Positions 1 to 12,243 are shown, numbered from the whole stretch's first letter. The stretch: DNA of 63,751 nucleotides, filler included, from Octopus bimaculoides (GCF_001194135.2; 9 parts of 8 records of this genome joined end to end with filler, not necessarily neighbours in it), one strand, 5' to 3'. Translations and numbers: made by a program. The notes: generated from the sequence alone by a model not told the origin.

Positions 1-9
1 TATATATAT

Positions 10-72
<63 letters not shown>

Positions 73-167
73 TGCATATACACATATGTATATACATATA
101 TACATATATACATACACACACACACACACACACACACAACACATATATATATGCATACATACATACA

Positions 168-235
<68 letters not shown>
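1..235. repeat. Compound microsatellite (TA/GATA/CA/TACA/TA)
   Basis: Directly visible tandem 2- and 4-mers. Confidence 0.97.
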
Positions 236-237
<2 letters not shown>

Positions 238-301
238 CATCCATTCATGACCAAGGAAGCCCATTGCCGACCTTCGGGAATATTGTGCGCTCAAGGACTA
301 A

Positions 302-1027
302 CTAACATTTGCAGCTCCGTTGGTGGATAATGAGCCCTGCTCTTGACAAGCATACATGACTGCAAACATTGCAAACCAAGCTTCCCCCATTCACTACACT
401 AGCAGTGTGCTTTTGAGCAGCATGCTTAAATTCTTCAAGAAGAATATGTGCTGTCTCAAAGGTGTTGACCCCTCCTTAACCTGCTTCCTCCATCTGTGGT
501 GATGGCAGATATTAATCTTCCAGTTGGTCTCCTGCATATCACAGGCCTTTAATGAGAACTTGACACAGTCCTTAAATCACAGCTTTGGTTTCTGCCAGGG
601 TCTCCTTCCACTAACAAGTTCCCCATATAGCATCTGTTTAGGGATCCTGCTATCCTTCATTCTAATATGGTGTCCAATCCAACATAACCAGTGCTTGTGC
701 ACCATCACCTCAATACTCAAGATATCAGCTTTCCTCAAGACCTGTGTGTCTGGAGTTTTTAAGATTGACATATCAAGCAGAGGTCAGCAATGCCTGCACA
801 GAGTTTTAGGTCCAATAAGGCTTGCACGACCCCTCATAGACCCTCTCCACTCTATTGACATTATCCAGAGACAAGCCAGAGTGAGATGTTTGGTGTCAAT
901 ATGAGTTGCAGACTCTGGGATTGGGAGTGCGATGATCTCTAACACAAACCAAAGATCACTAAAATGTCCAATGCTATTCCCTGGTTTTATATCAGAGTGA
1001 CCTTCTCCTAGAGACATGCTTCAACAG
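302..1027 (-). mobile_element. RTE-clade (BovB-like) LINE 3' coding remnant
   Basis: Minus-strand peptide WLCWIGHHIRMKDSRIPKQMLYGEL matches the RTE LRWxGHxxRM..RxPKxxLYGEL motif; C-terminal CNVCSHVCLSRAGLIIHQRSC then stop at 302-304; interrupted reading frames. Confidence 0.8.
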
Positions 1028-1209
1028 NNNNNNNNNNNNNNNNNNNNNNNNNNNNNNNNNNNNNNNNNNNNNNNNNNNNNNNNNNNNNNNNNNNNNNNNN
1101 NNNNNNNNNNNNNNNNNNNNNNNNNNNNNNNNNNNNNNNNNNNNNNNNNNNNNNNNNNNNNNNNCTGAATTCCATGTTTCTAGTAGCACTTATGAGAGCC
1201 TAATAAGTG

Positions 1210-1213
<4 letters not shown>

Positions 1214-1266
<53 letters not shown>

Positions 1267-1362
1267 ACACACACACATACATACATACATACATACATAC
1301 ATACATACATACATACATACATACATACATACATGCATACATACATACATACATACATACAT
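1214..1362. repeat. (CA)n/(TACA)n microsatellite
   Basis: Direct. Confidence 0.97.
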
Positions 1363-1499
1363 ACTGTTGTATATGTATATAACCTGAAAGCTCATTTCGG
1401 TGAGTAATTAGCAATGTTCAGCCTCTGGTAAGATGAGATAAAAATAGCTGGAGTCTTAACCATATTCCTCAGAGGCTAGAAAAGACAGAGGTGCAAATT

Positions 1500-3200
1500 C
1501 TTTTGGCCAGCCAGTTGATAACCTATCACTCAAGTGAACACACACAAGCCAAATAATGGAAAAGACAGATGGTTGTTAATACCATGTCTTTCTCTGGTGA
1601 AGAATATTCAGCTCAAAAAGGGTGAGTGACATTAATGTAAGCGGTAAACAGAACCAAAACACAACACAATCAGAAAGAGGAAAGCATGTAAGCTAAAAAA
1701 AACTTTCTTTTTGAAACTTCAAAGAAATACCTTGTTATAGGTCAAGGAGATGGTGGAAAGAGAGAGACTTATAACACAGAAGACAACAGAATGTTTCTAT
1801 GGAACTATCTCTTGCAAGCCAGACCAAATCCGTGGATGAGAGAATATGACATTGAAGTGGAAAGGTACAGTCAATAGAGCCATAAAAGCTTAAGAAAGAA
1901 TAGAAGAAAGGTGATTGAGAGTAAGGAAAAATAGCAACCTGCTAGAAAAGCTAAAGGCAAGGTGAAAGGCTGAAAGTAAGATACCTGCCAATATTCTTCT
2001 TCTTAAAGATCAGATGCATGAAATATTCTGAATTGTAAGGCAGTCTAGAAAGAGTTAAGACATTATTAGTATAGGTGTGTACAGTACATTTTATATCACA
2101 GATACTGAAAAGAAAGAGTCTAAGAAATGCTGCAAAGAGATGTTACTAAATGAGAAGAATGTATAGGAGAGAGAGAGAGAGGGACTCCATCAAGTAGATC
2201 AAACAAAGGAAACAGCTATTGAAATCAATAGCTATGTTATCAAAATGGTTATTAAGACTATGAGGGCAAGAGAAGTAGCTCAATAATCAGAGATAGTCAC
2301 TGAAGTAATGACTATCTCTAATAAATATACAGTGAAGTAGGACACAGGCTAGGTACTTGTATAGTCAATCAGGTTTTGCAAGAAGGTGTCATAACAAATG
2401 ATAGGTATAGTAGTGTCATCATCAACTGGTATAAGAGGAGTTGATTTTAGAAACACAACTACAAAGAAATAAAACTGGGTAAGACAGAAAGCAATTCAGA
2501 AGAGAATTGGTTAAGGTGTGATGCAGTTCTGATCTGTGACAGGAGGTAAGGATGTCTTGCTAGAATATGCTTCCTAAGGAAACAATTACAGAAGAGTTTC
2601 CCAACAAAGAGCAAGCTGCTATACTTTGAATTTGTTGACCTTTAACTAGGTACCATGTTCTGTAGTAGTTTTGTGATCACTAAGAAGACTAGGTACAGTT
2701 GAATGGCTTGTAAGAACCATGCAAGCTATATACAAAGATGTCAGCAAGGTGAGAGTGCTAGTGACAAGTTCAGTAATGAATTTAGCATGCAAGGACTTTA
2801 AACCCAACCATCCATTAGAACCTCTACATGCTGATAACTTAGTTCTCAAGGAAGCTTTTGAAGACTTGAATAATTTTCGAATGCACAAGCAAATGTTACA
2901 AATGAGAGGACTTCGTCTATCAATGACTAAATTTTAGTTTGCAGCAAAGAAGGCAAGATGTCACTGCTAAAATGGATGTTACTGAATATGCAGAAAAGGT
3001 TGGGGTAGGAATTCTATATGGTGTGTACAATATAAACTCTTTACACGTGAGGTGTAGACCTAGGTGGACAAAGGACTTTGTATGTAGCAGGCACGTGAGG
3101 TAGCCACAAGTAAGATAATTCATAAAATAAATTCTTAGTTTTTCAAAGAGTCCCCTAAAAGTTATTGAAACCTTCAGTTTTCTGGGTAGTCTAATAAACA
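1500..3200 (-). mobile_element. Heavily decayed L1/Tx1-like ORF2 remnant (APE endonuclease plus RT)
   Basis: KLKVSITFRGL...LTCLLHTK near 3190 resembles the APE N-terminus (SLNVRGL...LQETH); weak RT-like stretches near 1990-1650; many stops. Confidence 0.4.
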
Positions 3201-3411
3201 ATAGATGAGAGTATTCAGAATATGGAGTAGCCAGAGTAAGAATAAGATGTAAATAGTTTAGGGAGAATTACCTTTGTTAACAATAAAGGGATTCTCTTTA
3301 TCTTTCTCAGTGAATGACAATTTGTGCAATGGTTGTGTAATGATGTGTGGTGTTACACAGTAGCTAAACATGGGCACTGAATGTATATATATATATATAT
3401 ATATACACACA

Positions 3412-4315
3412 CAGGGTGTTTCAAAAAATTTGATATCATTTTGCAATCTAATAACTTTGCCAGTTCTTGTTCAAATGACTTCAAATTTTAACAGTATATG
3501 CAGAAGCAGGTCAAAATTTTATGTTTACTGTTTGATATGTTTATCTTTTCAGGTATAGACTTGGCATTCACTGGAAGAGAAAAGGCGTTTTGTGTGTTGG
3601 AGTATGCTCGAACACAGTTGAGCAAGATTGTGCAGAGTGCATTTGTGAGAGAGTTCTCTAAAGAGTCACCAACGGCAATGTAGATTTGGACATGGCACAA
3701 AAAATTCAAAGAGAAAGGCTGTCTGTGCAGGGCAAAAGGATCTGGATGACTGCTAACATTAGAAGAGACAGTTAAGCGGGTTCGCCAAAAACTCTTGCGA
3801 AGCCCCAAGAAGTTCATAAGAAGAAAAAGTCTAGAAACCCAGATTCCTTCAATGACAGTTTGGCATGTCTTGAGGAAACACTTGCTAATGAAACCCTACA
3901 AGCTGCACCTCATTCAAGCCATAACGGCAGATGACAAGCAAAAGCACAAACAATTCTGTGTTGATATGCAAGAGAAACTCGAAGAAGCCAAGTTCAAGGA
4001 ACGTCTTGTTTCCTGCAAACCTAGAACTTGAGAAGAGAATCACTACTACACTGGAGACTGTTACCCAACACATACTGCAGCGTGTTTGGAAGGAGCTGGA
4101 CTACCAACTTGATGTGTGCCGTATCTCAGGTGATGCACATTTTGAACATTTGTGAAATCGTTCATGGAATCCACATACCTTTGAATTTCTCATTCAAATT
4201 TGGAGGAATAAATTTCATGTTACTCAACATTAAGCCTGTTTAGTTTCATTTGCTTTGACTATGTAGTTTCTTTGATATTTACATCTCAAATGATATCAAA
4301 TTTTTTGAAATACCC

Positions 4316-4317
<2 letters not shown>
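3412..4317 (+). mobile_element. Internally deleted Tc1/mariner element (DUF4817-type HTH transposase)
   Basis: ~30-bp TIRs CAGGGTGTTTCAAAAAATTTGATATCATTT / AAATGATATCAAATTTTTTGAAATACCCTA, TA at 4318-4319; N-terminal AFTGREKAFCVLEYART...KPYKLHLIQA joined to C-terminal LQRVWKELDYQLDVCRISGDAHFEHL; DDE core absent. Confidence 0.9.
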
Positions 4318-4359
<42 letters not shown>

Positions 4360-4594
4360 TGAATTTATACCTACATACATACACACACACATATACACAC
4401 ATATGCCTATGCACAACCACTACTATTCATTCATTGTGTCTTCATGGTCTCTTTAGGGTGACAAGGTTTGGAGGCTAACATTCCTACATTTTACCCCTTC
4501 TCAGGCACTCCTATGTAGTGAGGATTTATGCTAAGAGTCGTCCTCCTCTTGTCTAACTGCCTTCCAAGGAAACTGAACCCAGTAATACAGCCCA

Positions 4595-4960
4595 CCAACA
4601 AAATGAATGGTCATGGAAACAAAAGTTGCCCTAACATATGCCAACTAGCCATGTTATATCATTAACAGAAAATCTATGAAAAATCCTCCCGAATATTTGG
4701 AGATGAATTCAGTTGCTATTTGAAAGAAAACTAGAAGTGGTTTTGAGACAATTATTTCAATTTATGGAGAGAAAATATTGACAGAGGGAACCAATTTCAA
4801 AATCTTATCAAGAGCATAAACCCTCACATTCACTATGGTGTTCAGTAATGATCAACTCCCCTTATATTTATTAATTCACCAACATCTGTGTAAACCTACA
4901 ATACTATTACAGGAACAAAAAAATGAAAAAGGTCTTAGAGAAACATTCAGTTATAAATAG
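4595..4960 (+). mobile_element. Penelope-like element reverse transcriptase remnant
   Basis: Frameshifted peptides METKVALTYAN (cf. MGTKxAPTYAN), WFxDNYFNLW (cf. WxRYLDDxFxxW), INP..FTMVFSNDQLP (cf. LHPxIxFTME...LPFLD), KPT. Confidence 0.7.
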
Positions 4961-5929
4961 TAAGAAATCACTAAATCACTAAAAAAAGGTATTGATCAAT
5001 GCAAAATGTTGTTATTAGTGATAGATGCAATATTATTTCAAAATAGTAAAATATCTTTAATGAAGTCAGCCAAAAAATTTGCAATGCCAGTGATTTGTTA
5101 ATCATTGTTTTTTATATATATATCAAAAGAGGCTAAATTTGTCTAAGCGTGGTGTCACTAGGGGATGCTTACTACTGATGACTGCAAATACGTAGAAATC
5201 TGGATTTAGTAATTCCACTGCTGCTTGATGATTCTAGTCTGCTACTGATATTCTTCTGTGTTTTTTAGCTCAATATGTCAATATGAGACGCTTTCTTGAG
5301 ACAAATACCACAGTAAGATATACACAATCTATTTTGAAATAATATCTGTTGCTAATAACAAAAATATATTTTGTATTGTAGGGATTTGAACTCCAACCAC
5401 AAGATATTCAGTTAGGGACCACAAGTAAGCCACCAGTTTCATGTGATTGATCTATAAATTGAAGTTGGCTTCTTGGATGATCTAATTTCACCCCCTTTAC
5501 ACCCAATAAAAATTCATTGGCACCTTACTCAGTCAGATGGCCTTGGGCATTCGTGCATATGGAATTCACATAGGCCACTTTGGTTGACCACCTTGGACAT
5601 TAGGACAGAGCAGATTGAGCAAGAAACGACTTTGGACACTCACATATGATGTACCACAGCTAAACTTCTACAAGACACAGTGTGGTTCTCTCCTCTCAGT
5701 TGGAAGTTATATCATCAGCATCTATCTTTTTGTAAACACTCAATGCAGTAAATCATATCCAGCATTGAATATGTAAAAGTTAAATGTTTGTAGATTGTCT
5801 TATTTATTATATATGCAGCCAGCTAGATTACGTGATGATGGTCTTCAACAATATAAGATATCAACAATACAACATAACATTAGTACCCAGGCCCCATCAT
5901 GACATGTGTGCATGTATATATCTGCATGT

Positions 5930-5948
5930 GTGTATGTGTATGTATATA

Positions 5949-6021
<73 letters not shown>

Positions 6022-6026
6022 ATGTG

Positions 6027-6069
<43 letters not shown>
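5930..6069. repeat. (TA)n/(TG)n microsatellite
   Basis: Direct. Confidence 0.97.
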
Positions 6070-6071
6070 CT

Positions 6072-6525
6072 TATATCTGTCTATGACTTTCAGGTGTTTT
6101 AACACCTAGTGCTTTGAGGGAGGCACCCTCACTACACCAGATCAGTCAACCACTGAATAAGCTCATATATTGAGTATGTGTGATTGATTATGTTAACAAT
6201 ACTGGCACTGCTTCTAATTCATATTTGAATTTATTCTTGCATATGCATCGCTGGGTCATACCAGCAAATGGTTTTACACAATTTGTATATAGTCATGGAC
6301 TGACAATTCTGTTCACCTCCAGTTCAGTTCAAGTATATGATGTTGATCAGCCACAAAAATGGTGAAACCTGAATGCCTTTTGCTCCTGTCTATGCCCATC
6401 ACTCACCTGTCTATGACTTGCATGTGTTTTAACACCTGACGTTTTGATGGAGGCATTCCCACCTCACCAAATCACAGCCTGCCAGTGAACAAGCAAAGCA
6501 CATACATTGAATATCTGTGGTTTAT
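6072..6525 (+). repeat. Two diverged copies (6072-6190, 6407-6525) of a ~120-bp interspersed repeat; third copy at ~53098-53215
   Basis: Shared start CTGTCTATGACTT...GTTTTAA(C/A)ACC and colinear similarity in all three. Confidence 0.7.
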
Positions 6526-6532
6526 ATATATA

Positions 6533-6847
6533 CTAGTAGTATAACCCGACCTTGTCCGGGTGTGACTTATGCCATCTACGATAAGTCTTGCTAGCTGAAA
6601 ATCAGCTAAAAAAGAAAGCCTTACAACGAAAAAACCCTTATGATGTAAATATGTTCATAATTCAAAAGACGATGAAATTAATAGGGAAAGTCTGAAGGCT
6701 GTTTTGCGTAAAATTATTAAGCATACGTAAATTTCATCCGTGTAATTGGCTATAGAAATGCTTGTGCAAAACAACTTTTTGCGTTGCCCTGATTATACAT
6801 AGCAGGGTAATCCCTTTTCACAGGAGCTAGGACGGCAATTTGTGATG
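6533..6847 (-). mobile_element. Helitron-like element 3' end (runs into gap)
   Basis: Minus strand ends with hairpin ACCCGGACAAGGTCGGGT (6544-6561), 7 nt, then CTAG followed by T: canonical Helitron 3' terminus. Confidence 0.65.
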
Positions 6848-6891
6848 NNNNNNNNNNNNNNNNNNNNNNNNNNNNNNNNNNNNNNNNNNNN

Positions 6892-6903
6892 TTAATTAAT
6901 TAA
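6892..6903. other. Artificial scaffold linker TTAATTAATTAA inside a 100-bp gap (also 14649, 20137, 31042, 39390, 50723, 56380, 61913)
   Basis: Identical 12-mer at eight sites inside N runs (44 N + 12 + 44 N where counted); contains stops in all six frames. Confidence 0.95.
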
Positions 6904-7082
6904 NNNNNNNNNNNNNNNNNNNNNNNNNNNNNNNNNNNNNNNNNNNNGGTGTTGGTGGTGGTGGTGGTGGACCGATTGCCGTGGTGATGGGGGACATTTA
7001 TATCGGCGGCGGTGGAGGGGAAGTAGTGGTAATAGCAGTGACGGTGATGGCGGGGAAGCAATTCTGGTGGCGTTGTTGTTGT

Positions 7083-7113
<31 letters not shown>

Positions 7114-7397
7114 AGAGGATTTGGTGATGACTGTTATAGCAGTGTCGGGGATGATGGTGGTGGTGGTGGTGTTGGTGGTGGAGATGTTAATAGAGATAGT
7201 GATGACATTGGTTTATAGGAGGTGGGGGTGATGGAAACAGTGGTGGCATTGGTGGTGGTGGCAGTGGCGGCGGTGGCTATTGTCGTGGGTGTGAGCGAGA
7301 GATAAGGCCGAGGAATTGTATCTGAAGAAGATAGATAAACGATAGAAGATAGAAGGCGGTGAGAAGAGGTGGAGGGGAGAAGGTAAGAAGGTGGAAA

Positions 7398-7473
7398 AAG
7401 AAGAAGAAGAAGAAGAAGAAGAAGAAGAAGAAGAAGAAGAAGAAGAACAACAACAACAACAACAACAACAACA
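7398..7473. repeat. (GAA)n(CAA)n microsatellite in a GT-rich trinucleotide block (6948-7500)
   Basis: Direct. Confidence 0.95.
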
Positions 7474-7939
7474 AAGAGGAGGTGGGGTGGAGAAGGAGAA
7501 GACGAGGAATTCTGCTGTCAGCTTGACGCTTTGTGACAACCTGAGATGGAAGTAAATCGTAACAACTAAGAACAAACGTCTCCAGAGTAGCTTGGCTTCT
7601 TTTCTCCTAATTCTGAAGAATCACGAGATCCAACCAACCACTCGCTTTCACCGTGTTGCCATCTTAGTAACGTGCACGCGGAATGAAGTATCATTGTTCT
7701 AGTGGATTCCCAAACCACGTACCGGTTCTGACTCCGCAATTACAATAACCCTTGATTTTTCAGTATTCGGATTGCATTCCGTTTGTGATGGGTCGATTAC
7801 GAAGAGCTTGAAATTCGTCCGCATTGAACTGTATATTGGTTTTCTTTTTGCCCACTCGATTACTGCCTTAAGACTTTTATTTAGAAATGTATTATTTCTA
7901 AATCTCTTAGAGAGATTTATGCAGTAGTAATACGATGAA

Positions 7940-8194
7940 GTAGTTGTATGATGTTAACTTAATTTGACAGTCCCCTGAAGGGGATAATACTACTGTTGGT
8001 TAGACCTAAGAAGCTGCACTGCTTCCTGTCAGCCTTGGTACATTTCCTGTGTCCTTATGTCTCCCCCTTGTAAACATAAGGACACAGGAAATGTGTCAAG
8101 GCCGACAGGAAGCAGTGCAGCTTCCTAGGTCTAACCAACAGTAGTATTATTCCCTTCAGGGGACTGTCACATAAAGTTGACAGCATACAACGAC
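7940..8194. repeat. Long inverted repeat (121-bp arms, 13-bp loop)
   Basis: 7940-8060 is the reverse complement of 8074-8194 with few mismatches; loop CTCCCCCTTGTAA. Confidence 0.95.
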
Positions 8195-8481
8195 TTTTAT
8201 TTAGTTTCGAGGCACGATCAGGGTCCTTGACTGCCGGGGATTACATTTGTATCATCAGCATGGCTGAGCATGTGTTTATGCAGAAGAAGAGACATAAAAA
8301 CTGAAGGCGAGGCAGAGGCAAAGACAGAGAGTCTCGAAGAGTGAATATAGAGTGACATAGAGAAATTCTTCATAGATTTCCATCTTAGCTAACTACTGAA
8401 ATACGGTATTCCTCATACGTACATATATGCATACATAATACGTACACATATACAAACATACACATGTGAATATAATATGTA

Positions 8482-8627
8482 TAGGCGTGGCTGTTGGGTA
8501 TGAAGTTTGCTTTCCAACAATTTGGTTCTAGGTTCAGCTTCACTAAATGGCACTTTCTATAATGCAGGTCGACCAAAGCCTTATGAGTCGGTTTGGGAGA
8601 CGGAAACTGAAAGAAGCCGGTCATATA
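8482..8627 (+). mobile_element. tRNA-derived SINE, family B head (GGCGTGGCTGTGTGG...GACGGAAACTGAAAGAAGCC)
   Basis: Multi-copy in window (45598, 57847, 61469 +; 27745, 57190, 58440 -); B-box-like GGTTCAG. Confidence 0.8.
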
Positions 8628-8755
8628 TTTACACAGATAGATAGATAGATAGATAGATCGTTGCTATTATGCTAAGCTGTCGTATGTCCAAATTTGGCCA
8701 AATGGGTTGTTGTTTTTTTTTGTTTTTTTTTTTTCAATATTTAATTTTGCTTGGA

Positions 8756-8975
8756 AGGCGGTGAGCTGGCAGAAACAACGTTAGTCCGCCGGGCAAAATG
8801 CTTAGTGGTATATCGTCTGTCATTACGTTCTGAATTCAAATTCCTCCGAGATTGACTTTGCCTTTCATACTTTCGGGGTCGATAAATTAAGTACCAGTTG
8901 TGCACTGGAGTCGATCTAATCGATGGCTCCCTCCCCAAAAATTTCTGGCCTTGGGCCTAGAGTAGAAAATAATAT
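8756..8975 (+). mobile_element. SINE family A (GGCGGTGAGCTGGCAGAA...GAGTTCAAATTCC...GTCGATAAATTAAGTACCAG)
   Basis: More than 10 copies in window; B-box-like GAGTTCAAATTCC. Confidence 0.9.
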
Positions 8976-9289
8976 TTAACTTTGCTTGCTATAGCCGATT
9001 CTTTTAGTCAAACTATCGTATCTTCAGCTGCTTCAGATGAAAATTGTCAAAGTGTAGTACAACAGTTAAGCATTTTTCAAAAGCGTAGTAAGTCTCACAT
9101 ACGACAGTTTCGCAAAAATATTTCTTTCTGAAAATATCATACTTGCATGAAGTTATGATTTTATGCAACCAACGAAGTATTATTGTTAAGCTCAAACTGT
9201 TGAAAGAAAGTGTGAAAAGAAATGAAATGGTGACACTATTTTTTCGTTTTCTGAAAAAGCAACATTTTGAACTTAGGACATGTTTGCAT

Positions 9290-9345
<56 letters not shown>

Positions 9346-10399
9346 NNNNNNNNNNNNNNNNNNNNNNNNNNNNNNNNNNNNNNNNNNNNNNNNNNNNNNA
9401 TACATACATATATATAAATAGATAGATAGATAGATAGATAGTTAGATAGGACAGATAGATAGACAGACAGATAGACAGACAGACAGATACATAGATAGAT
9501 AGATAGATAGGTAGGTAGGATTATGTATTATATTGTAATTATGAAACTAAAAATTTTGGTATAGGTCTGCATATTTTACAGGTTAGCTGTATTCTGTTTA
9601 TGTACACTGAACTCGGAGAAATAAAAAGCAAACCTGACCTCGATGAGAGTTGAACTTACGATGTCAGGGATTGTATCATGTCCCATATCATATTTATTAT
9701 TTCGGCCATCGCTAACATTATGGAGCACCAAAAGGATTTCTAGTAAACAGACCTAAACTGTGAAAAGGTCTGTGGGACACGCACGCGCACACACACACAC
9801 ACACACACACACGTCTACACGCACACGCACACACACGCACACGCATACATACACGCACACATATACACGCGCATAAACACATGTACACATACACACACAA
9901 ACAAAATATATATGAACGTGCAAAAATAGATATATTTGTGTGTGCGTGTAAGTGAGCATGTGTGTAGCGTGTGTGTGCGTGTAAGTGAGCATGTGTGTGG
10001 CGTGTGTGTGTGTGTAAGTATTTGTGTGTGCGTGTTTGTACTCGTGTTGTCTATCCACCGTCTGATAACCAGTGTCGGTTTATTTACGTCCTCGTCACAT
10101 GTCGGTTCTGCAAAAATGGCAGAAACGATAAGGACTTAGGAAAATCTGATCGACTAACCCTACAAGGCAATGCTCCATCTTGGCCGCCGCCAACTGATTG
10201 AACCAAGTAGCAGATGTAGAATCCACAAACATCGCTAGAGTATTGTGATTATATAACATGCCCATTACATAACTGGTACTTAATTTATAGAAGCTAGGAT
10301 GACGAAAGTGAAGTTTTGAACCTAAGAACGTAGAACCGCGAAATGCTATTTAGTATGTTTACGTAGCTCTACCGATCCTGCTGTTTTACCCTTGTTGAT

Positions 10400-10526
10400 G
10401 TGGAGGCGCAATGGCCCAGTGGTTAGGGCAGCAGACTCGCGGTCATAGGATCGCGGTTTCGATTCCCAGACCGGGCGTTGTCAGTGTTTATTGAGCGAAA
10501 ACACCTAAAGCTCCACGAGTGCCAAC
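10400..10526 (+). mobile_element. tRNA(Arg)-like SINE family D, internally deleted copy
   Basis: A box TGGCCCAGTGG, B box GGTTTCGATTCC; ~93% identical to the head of 12244-12629. Confidence 0.85.
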
Positions 10527-11321
10527 CGTCCCTAAAAGAATTCCTTCCCTTGTACGCCACCGGGTCGACGAGATTCATTTATAAAGATTCTTTTTTCTTG
10601 NNNNNNNNNNNNNNNNNNNNNNNNNNNNNNNNNNNNNNNNNNNNNNNNNNNNNNNNNNNNNNNNNNNNNNNNNNNNNNNNNNNNNNNNNNNNNNNNNNNN
10701 NNNNNNNNNNNNNNNNNNNNNNNNNNNNNNNNNNNNNNNNNNNNNNNNNNNNNNNNNNNNNNNNNNNNNNNNNNNNNNNNNNNNNNNNNNNNNNNNNNNN
10801 NNNNNNNNNNNNNNNNNNNNNNNNNNNNNNNNNNNNNNNNNNNNNNNNNNNNNNNNNNNNNNNNNNNNNNNNNNNNNNNNNNNNNNNNNNNNNNNNNNNN
10901 NNNNNNNNNNNNNNNNNNNNNNNNNNNNNNNNNNNNNNNNNNNNNNNNNNNNNNNNNNNNNNNNNNNNNNNNNNNNNNNNNNNNNNNNNNNNNNNNNNNN
11001 NNNNNNNNNNNNNNNNNNNNNNNNNNNNNNNNNNNNNNNNNNNNNNNNNNNNNNNNNNNNNNNNNNNNNNNNNNNNNNNNNNNNNNNNNNNNNNNNNNNN
11101 NNNNNNNNNNNNNGGAATAGTTTAATTAAAAAGTGAATATGTGTGTAACTTAATATAGTTTAACTGTGCATAAACTGTAAATAGTATGTCGGTTGTTTAT
11201 CCGTTTTTGCGTCAAATCTCGTGTAGTTACCACAAGAGTGATATTACCTCTGCTATGGAATAAAACAACAATAAGACCAAGAATGATCGACGAAAGCATT
11301 CATAACATTACAGTGCCTCGA

Positions 11322-11534
11322 AAGGCAGCGAGCTGGCTGAATGGTTAATACGCCGGGCAAAATGCTTAACCGCGTTTCGTCCGTCTGCATGCTCTGAGTT
11401 CAAATGCCACCGAGATCGACTTTACCTTTCATCGTTTCAGGGTCGATAAAATAAATACCAATTGAGTACTTGTGTCAATTTAATCGACTTACCCTCTCTT
11501 CCGAAATTACTGGCCTAGTGCCAAAACTCGAAAC
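11322..11534 (+). mobile_element. SINE family A copy
   Basis: Colinear with the 8756 copy. Confidence 0.85.
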
Positions 11535-12061
11535 TCCACTTTCGTGTAGTGAGTCATTGTACTTAGTTATCCCTACCTATAACCAGACTTGTTTCAGAGT
11601 TAAGATACTTGGTCAGACATAGTGCGCCAGCAACAGAATGCGAACTTGCAATCTCAATGACTACAGCAAGCCAGATCTTCACAATGTCATAATCTGTAGA
11701 CAATACGCCATTTATTAAGAGATGAAAATGAAGAATACAAGACTTCAGCCGTTAATATCTGCGCACAAATGATTCTGATATTGACCATAGCTTTTGATGA
11801 AAAATTTCCTTGTCACTTTTATCAAAGAATGATACACATCTTGATAGTGAATTGTGTGTGTGTGTGTGTGTGTGGAGGGATGTGGAAAGGGTTAACAAAC
11901 ATTACCGTTATCATTCTTCAAATCAGTTGGATATTTGAAGAGATATTGGTGAAAATCAAGCAACAATAATTTATTCTGGTAATGATCGAAATTTTCTTTA
12001 GCTAAAATTTCATAATATTGATATTTCTTCACTTTTTTTTTTTAATGAATTGACTGGCTTA

Positions 12062-12093
<32 letters not shown>

Positions 12094-12243
12094 GCGCCAT
12101 TTCAATCGATTTAAGCACAAACATGTTTTTCCTTCGTTCTCTCAATAAAGAATTTCCACTCACATGGTAGTATTTCTGGAACTATATTTTGTGCGTTCTT
12201 CATTTACAGAGTTGTGCGTCCAACCACATTCTATTATCAACAG

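Noticed and set aside
6892-6903. PacI or homeodomain site clusters (TTAATTAATTAA)
   Set aside because: Always inside N runs of a fixed-size join: assembly linker
8192-8258. Minus-strand CUGAUGA...GAAAC...GUC hammerhead next to the palindrome
   Set aside because: Core motifs are in order but neither helix I nor helix II closes
10400-10475. tRNA-Arg gene
   Set aside because: A/B boxes are present but there is no closing acceptor stem, and the sequence continues into a SINE body seen again at 12244-12629
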